Source: Stramenopiles sp. TOSAG23-2
Taxonomy: Eukaryota
NCBI GenBank assembly: GCA_900128395.1
Contig: LT649258.1
Coordinates: forward strand, 1 to 56,309
DNA: 56,309 bases
Direction of reading: 5' to 3'
Shown here: positions 55,850 through 56,309 of the stretch, one piece after another
Layout of the letters: each line of letters begins with the position of its first letter
How positions within the stretch are numbered: position 1 is the stretch's first letter
Notes under the pieces: model-generated
Told to the model about the DNA's origin: nothing
The model's database searches: none
The model's input: the letters and a program-made list of their open reading frames with translations, nothing else
Translations under genes and position numbers: made by a program

Positions 55850-56206
55850 TTAATTATTTTGTTCATCAACAATTGGTAGTACTTGTGTCATTTTTGTTTT
55901 TTTTGTTTCGGGTTTTTCTTCAACACTTTTCTCATTTTCTTTTCCTTTGTCGTTGCTTTTATGTTCAGTGTCCCCACCATTTTTTTCGGCAGTTTTGCAT
56001 TCCTCTATTTGATGTATGAAGCTCTCTTTCATTAAAAACAATATTGCAGCTATAAAAATCACTACAGCCTCCCATTCTTTTTCATCCACGTCGTTAATGG
56101 ACATTTCATCTTTTAAATCCTTTTCCCTCTCTTCCTCCGTCATTTCCTCCCATTCTTTTTCATCCACGTCGTTAATGGACATTTCATCTTTTAAAACCCT
56201 ACTCAT
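55850..56206 (-). CDS. Short acidic ORF, probably the 3' fragment of a membrane-protein gene fused to a repeat
   Basis: Duplicated LKDEMSINDVDEKEWE (56068-56117/56147-56195), then a hydrophobic stretch and a charged tail. Confidence 0.3.
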   Translation of the reverse strand: MSRVLKDEMSINDVDEKEWEEMTEEEREKDLKDEMSINDVDEKEWEAVVIFIAAILFLMKESFIHQIEECKTAEKNGGDTEHKSNDKGKENEKSVEEKPETKKTKMTQVLPIVDEQNN

Positions 56207-56309
56207 CTTTTAGAAATAACGTGATTAGATGTTCGTATATCCGTTCATGTGATGCACGCGAATAATTTTTCACCCAGTCTTAATCATCTTTGACAGAATA
56301 AAGGGCATT

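Overview
This is a very AT-rich eukaryotic genomic window with the standard genetic code. It is gene-dense and intron-poor; the short introns I could call have GTAAGT donors, a YTAAC branch point and YAG acceptors, and many proteins carry poly-Asn/Gln tracts. A PH-domain MAPK points to a stramenopile-type protist, possibly from a single-cell or metagenome assembly (inference). Recognisable genes are a CEP72-like LRR protein, RPS5/uS7, PH-MAPK, a TTL-like ATP-grasp ligase, QTRT1, an SVOP-like MFS transporter, KATNB1, a LYR protein, an intron-split PKR1, a GT32 glycosyltransferase, PFDN5, a prokaryote-type Asp/Glu racemase, a TBC1D13-like RabGAP and a cNMP-binding/pseudo-receiver protein. The assembly looks rough: a 411-N gap, many perfect 70-155 nt tandem duplications, two homopolymer frameshifts and several apparent chimeric joins. 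Gene neighbourhoods should therefore not be over-read. The most interesting signal is a modular ankyrin-repeat family at 22.8-26.2 kb and 39.9-41.5 kb. Its DNA framework is nearly invariant, while amino-acid changes cluster at the ankyrin binding-surface positions. Its N-termini differ (F-box-like versus a 39-nt coiled-coil repeat), and an orphan C-terminal cassette follows one gene, so it resembles a natural DARPin-like recognition repertoire. Several MITE-like inverted-repeat elements and a retroelement-like remnant are also present.
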